IMG/VR virus record: IMGVR_UViG_3300020404_000637
Location: 1 to 28,297 of that record
Strand: one strand, 5' to 3'
DNA from: a virus
Taxonomy: Duplodnaviria; Caudoviricetes
Length of the DNA: 28,297 bases
The notes beneath the pieces are model-generated. The model ran no database searches and was not told the origin of the DNA. It saw only the letters and a list, made by a program, of their open reading frames with translations. The position numbers and the translations under genes are program-made. This document shows positions 25,689-28,297 of the stretch, piece by piece (positions within the stretch are counted from its first letter, which is position 1; every line of letters begins with the position of its first letter).

Positions 25689-27057
25689 TGTACTTGTTTT
25701 CAAATAATCTAGCATCTTCGATGTTATTTACCATCGGTTTTCCACGAACATTCAAAGATGTGTTTAGTAGGACAGGACAACCTGTACGTTCATACCATGC
25801 CTCTAGTATGGGTCTCAGGATGCTCTCAGATGTTTCTGGGACTGTTTGTACCCTAGCAGAGTTATCAACGTGTAGACAAGCAGGTATATCGTCCTGACGC
25901 TTGCATTGATAAGTATAAGACATATACCTAGAGTGGTCAGGCATATCAAAGTAATCATGGCAATGCTCCTCCAGAATAGCAGGGGCAAATGGTCTGAACT
26001 TCTGTCTTTGCTTGATATCGTTAACGAGGTCTTTGGTTTGAATTTCTCTTGGATCCGCCAATAGACTTCTGTTACCAAGAGCACGAGGACCGAACTCTGC
26101 ACGACCATTTGCAACACCAACGATCTTATTTTTGAGTAGGCACGATACCACCTCTTTCGGATCGATCTTACGCTTGATGTTATAACCAAGGTAAGGTGAG
26201 AATTCAACTTTTGATCCATCTGCCAATAATGCTGCACCTAAGGCACCTCCAGCGTCACCAGGACAAGGCATAATCCAAAGATTGCACCTTTCCCTAAGTT
26301 TTGTGTTTACAACACAGTTGAGAGCAACTCCACCCCCATAACAGATATTATTGCTATATTTCTTTGCTTTGTCAAATATTATCTGTAATTCCTGTTCTAG
26401 TATCTTTTCTGCACTCTTAGCAACGTCATATACGTTACCTCTCATTTCTTCTCTACGAATACCCTTATGATTGTTTCTATGTAAGAAACGCTCAACACGA
26501 TTCATATAAACAGGATTTCCAAATGCTGCCATCCCCATAAAGATATATTCTTCATCTAGGGGTTTTAGACCTGCCCATTTGGTCAATGCACTGTACCATA
26601 GACCAATAGAGTTAGGATACTTCCTAGACCACACCTTTTTATACTTTGCCTTACCATCAACCATCTTTGCAGTCCATATCGAACTACAATCCCATTCTCC
26701 AATAGAATCAACAACTACACACGCTGCTTCTTCAAATGAAGACGTTTGAAACGCTGCAGCAGCATGAGACTTGTGATGCTCGAAATATACGGTTGGTTCT
26801 AGTGAATAATATCTTTCATTCTTTACAGTTTGAAATTGACCTGCAAATAACTGTCTACTCTTCTTCCAAAAGGGCATTTCATAAAATGCTACTACATCAT
26901 CCTTCTGAAATGTCTTTGCAGTAACTATCGCTCCTAAATCAAGAGTTTTGTCATGTTTCTTCTTTGAGTATCTTTCTGAGTGCGTTGCGTAACAAATCTT
27001 GCCATTATTGACTACAGCAATCGCAGCATCGTGGAAACCTTCCGAAAATCCTATCAT
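25672..27057 (-). CDS. O-carbamoyltransferase, NodU/CmcH/TobZ family
   Basis: 461 aa. Kae1-like domain motifs: HDAA, EHHKSHAAAAF, GGGVALNCVVN, GDAGGALGAA. YrdC-like domain motifs: GRAEFGPRALGNRSLLADP, RQKFRPFAPAIL, HVDNSARVQTV, PVLLNTSLN. Confidence 0.95.
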   Translation of the reverse strand: MIGFSEGFHDAAIAVVNNGKICYATHSERYSKKKHDKTLDLGAIVTAKTFQKDDVVAFYEMPFWKKSRQLFAGQFQTVKNERYYSLEPTVYFEHHKSHAAAAFQTSSFEEAACVVVDSIGEWDCSSIWTAKMVDGKAKYKKVWSRKYPNSIGLWYSALTKWAGLKPLDEEYIFMGMAAFGNPVYMNRVERFLHRNNHKGIRREEMRGNVYDVAKSAEKILEQELQIIFDKAKKYSNNICYGGGVALNCVVNTKLRERCNLWIMPCPGDAGGALGAALLADGSKVEFSPYLGYNIKRKIDPKEVVSCLLKNKIVGVANGRAEFGPRALGNRSLLADPREIQTKDLVNDIKQRQKFRPFAPAILEEHCHDYFDMPDHSRYMSYTYQCKRQDDIPACLHVDNSARVQTVPETSESILRPILEAWYERTGCPVLLNTSLNVRGKPMVNNIEDARLFENKYNVTVM

Positions 27058-27143
27058 TCTTCGTCTTCGTAAATATAAGGATCTTCACGTTTTAATTTCC
27101 AGAGTTTGTACTCTCCATAGATCCAATTCCAAAGTTTTTTCAT
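27054..27143 (-). CDS. 29-aa peptide MKKLWNWIYGEYKLWKLKREDPYIYEDEE (not in the ORF track)
   Basis: Manual translation. ATGA overlap with the carbamoyltransferase start, fills the intergenic gap, and has a late box 20 nt upstream. Confidence 0.75.
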   Translation of the reverse strand: MKKLWNWIYGEYKLWKLKREDPYIYEDEE

Positions 27144-27162
27144 ATTTTTGATTAATGCGAGG

Positions 27163-27170
27163 TATTTATC
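27163..27170 (-). promoter_or_regulatory. Late promoter GATAAATA upstream of the peptide/carbamoyltransferase/SGNH unit
   Basis: NATAAATA overlapping the TAA of the sulfotransferase-like gene. The geometry matches the boxes before gp8 and ORF 996-1334. Confidence 0.55.
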
Positions 27171-28131
27171 CCCACGGTTTTGTATTGAATTCATTATACC
27201 ATTCATCGTAAATCCATGCTAGTTTTTGTCTACCGTACAATATATCTTCCTCGGAAAGGTCTTGCATATCACTGATCCATTGATCTTTCAGTAATTCATG
27301 TCTAGGTGCCTTAGTTCCCTGTTCTGGATAGTAACAATTGTGATATAAGTCATTTATTGGATAATCTAGAAATTCTGACAATTCTTTTGTCTTACCACTC
27401 CACAATTCTTCCATTACGATAGGTAAAGTCGGAAATACACTAGACCATTTCTTATAGATGTCTACGTAAGAGTATGCGGAGTCTAAAACTGATTTCCAGT
27501 AAGAAATACTGTCAGGATACTTCCTATTGATCATTCTCCACTTGAATCTATCTTTTATGTCTCTATTTTCCCAATCAAAACCCATTTCTGATTTATTTTG
27601 CGATCTGAGTCTATAATGAGAAGACATTTCAGAATAATGCCTTCTTACTGGATCTCTATAAATTATTAGCACCTTTACATTGAAATGTTGCTTCAATACA
27701 GGTGAAATGCCAACTAAGAAGTGATATGGTAAAGTAGCAAGTTCATTTGAGAAATCCATGACTGCTTTATAGTCATGTTTGACATTTTCCCAAAGAATCT
27801 TGTAGTAATTGACATAAGTGTCAATATTTGGATCAGATCTAAAGTAATCTCTTATTTGTTCTTTAGTTTCTTGTAGATACTTACTATATTTGCCCCAACT
27901 CCTATTTCTTCTTGGTTCTTTCCTATGAGATATCAATTCATCAATTTTTTGCTCCCTATGCTTCTTCCAATACGCATATCCATTTATTTCAGACAAATGC
28001 TTTAGCAATCTGTCTTCTTTTACAAGTCCACAGTGTCCGAACTGATTTGTTACCTGTAAACTGTACCATAACGGAGTAGTTGCAGACCAACCAGTTCCTG
28101 ACCCAAGAATTAGGGTAGGTTTATCATTCAT
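27166..28131 (-). CDS. Sulfotransferase-like P-loop protein
   Basis: 321 aa. N-terminal 5'-PSB-like loop LILGSGTGWSATTPL, followed by KE, YVNYY..L, DFSN, a 3'-PB-like VLIIYRDPVRRHYS, and Y.DIYKKW..VF...I.MEELW. Confidence 0.72.
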   Translation of the reverse strand: MNDKPTLILGSGTGWSATTPLWYSLQVTNQFGHCGLVKEDRLLKHLSEINGYAYWKKHREQKIDELISHRKEPRRNRSWGKYSKYLQETKEQIRDYFRSDPNIDTYVNYYKILWENVKHDYKAVMDFSNELATLPYHFLVGISPVLKQHFNVKVLIIYRDPVRRHYSEMSSHYRLRSQNKSEMGFDWENRDIKDRFKWRMINRKYPDSISYWKSVLDSAYSYVDIYKKWSSVFPTLPIVMEELWSGKTKELSEFLDYPINDLYHNCYYPEQGTKAPRHELLKDQWISDMQDLSEEDILYGRQKLAWIYDEWYNEFNTKPWG

Positions 28132-28146
28132 GGTCTATATATCAGT

Positions 28147-28297
28147 ATGAAACCAACATTATTATTGAATCCTGGTACGGGATGGGCGGCTACAACACCA
28201 TTCTACTATACTTTAGCGTTAGATAACAAATTTACTCATGCAGGGCATCTAAAAGAAAACAGTTATCTGTATACACTAAAAAATCCAGAATATGAAC
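28147..28297 (+). CDS. Second sulfotransferase-like paralog, 5' part (runs off the right edge; not in the ORF track)
   Basis: Manual translation gives MKPTLLLNPGTGWAATTPFYYTLALDNKFTHAGHLKENSYLYTLKNPEYE, which aligns with KPTLILGSGTGWSATTPLWYSLQVTNQFGHCGLVKEDRLL of the adjacent gene. Confidence 0.8.
   Translation, partial: MKPTLLLNPGTGWAATTPFYYTLALDNKFTHAGHLKENSYLYTLKNPEYE

Noticed and set aside
25815-26237. 140-aa same-strand alternative-frame ORF inside the carbamoyltransferase
   Set aside because: It is fully nested in a highly conserved domain, with no motif or initiation signal. The short nested ORFs 1575-1808 and 16438-16620 are rejected for the same reason.
28040-28240. Invertible segment or shufflon between the head-to-head paralogs
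   Set aside because: The similarity is mainly at protein level with many synonymous differences. There is no long perfect inverted repeat and no recombinase in the window.
1-28297. tRNA, rRNA, CRISPR array, DGR or IS elements
   Set aside because: Intergenic spaces are too short, and no repeat-spacer pattern, reverse transcriptase, TR/VR pair or transposase is visible by eye.

Overview
AT-rich segment of a T4-like marine cyanomyovirus (Kyanoviridae-type; the host is probably Prochlorococcus or Synechococcus, which is an inference). Almost all genes lie on the minus strand. Read right to left, the window opens with an accessory block of modification enzymes: a sulfotransferase-like gene, a 29-aa peptide missed by the ORF track, a NodU/CmcH-family carbamoyltransferase, an SGNH-like hydrolase and a GT-A glycosyltransferase-like gene. 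A baseplate/tail module follows: gp25, gp6, a gp7-like giant protein of 2729 aa with a coupled 1048-aa partner, gp8, a DUF4815-type 2348-aa virion protein, three small virion-associated ORFs and the start of a tail-fibre-like gene. T4-type late promoter boxes (NATAAATA) occur at several gene junctions. The most notable items are: (i) a glycosyl/carbamoyl/sulfo/acyl tailoring cluster abutting the baseplate genes and partly under a late promoter; (ii) two paralogous sulfotransferase-like genes head-to-head with only 15 bp between their start codons; (iii) a double-palindrome leader upstream of the fibre gene; (iv) a His-rich module plus poly-Ser tail on gp6. Family assignments come from motif recognition only; no database searches were run.
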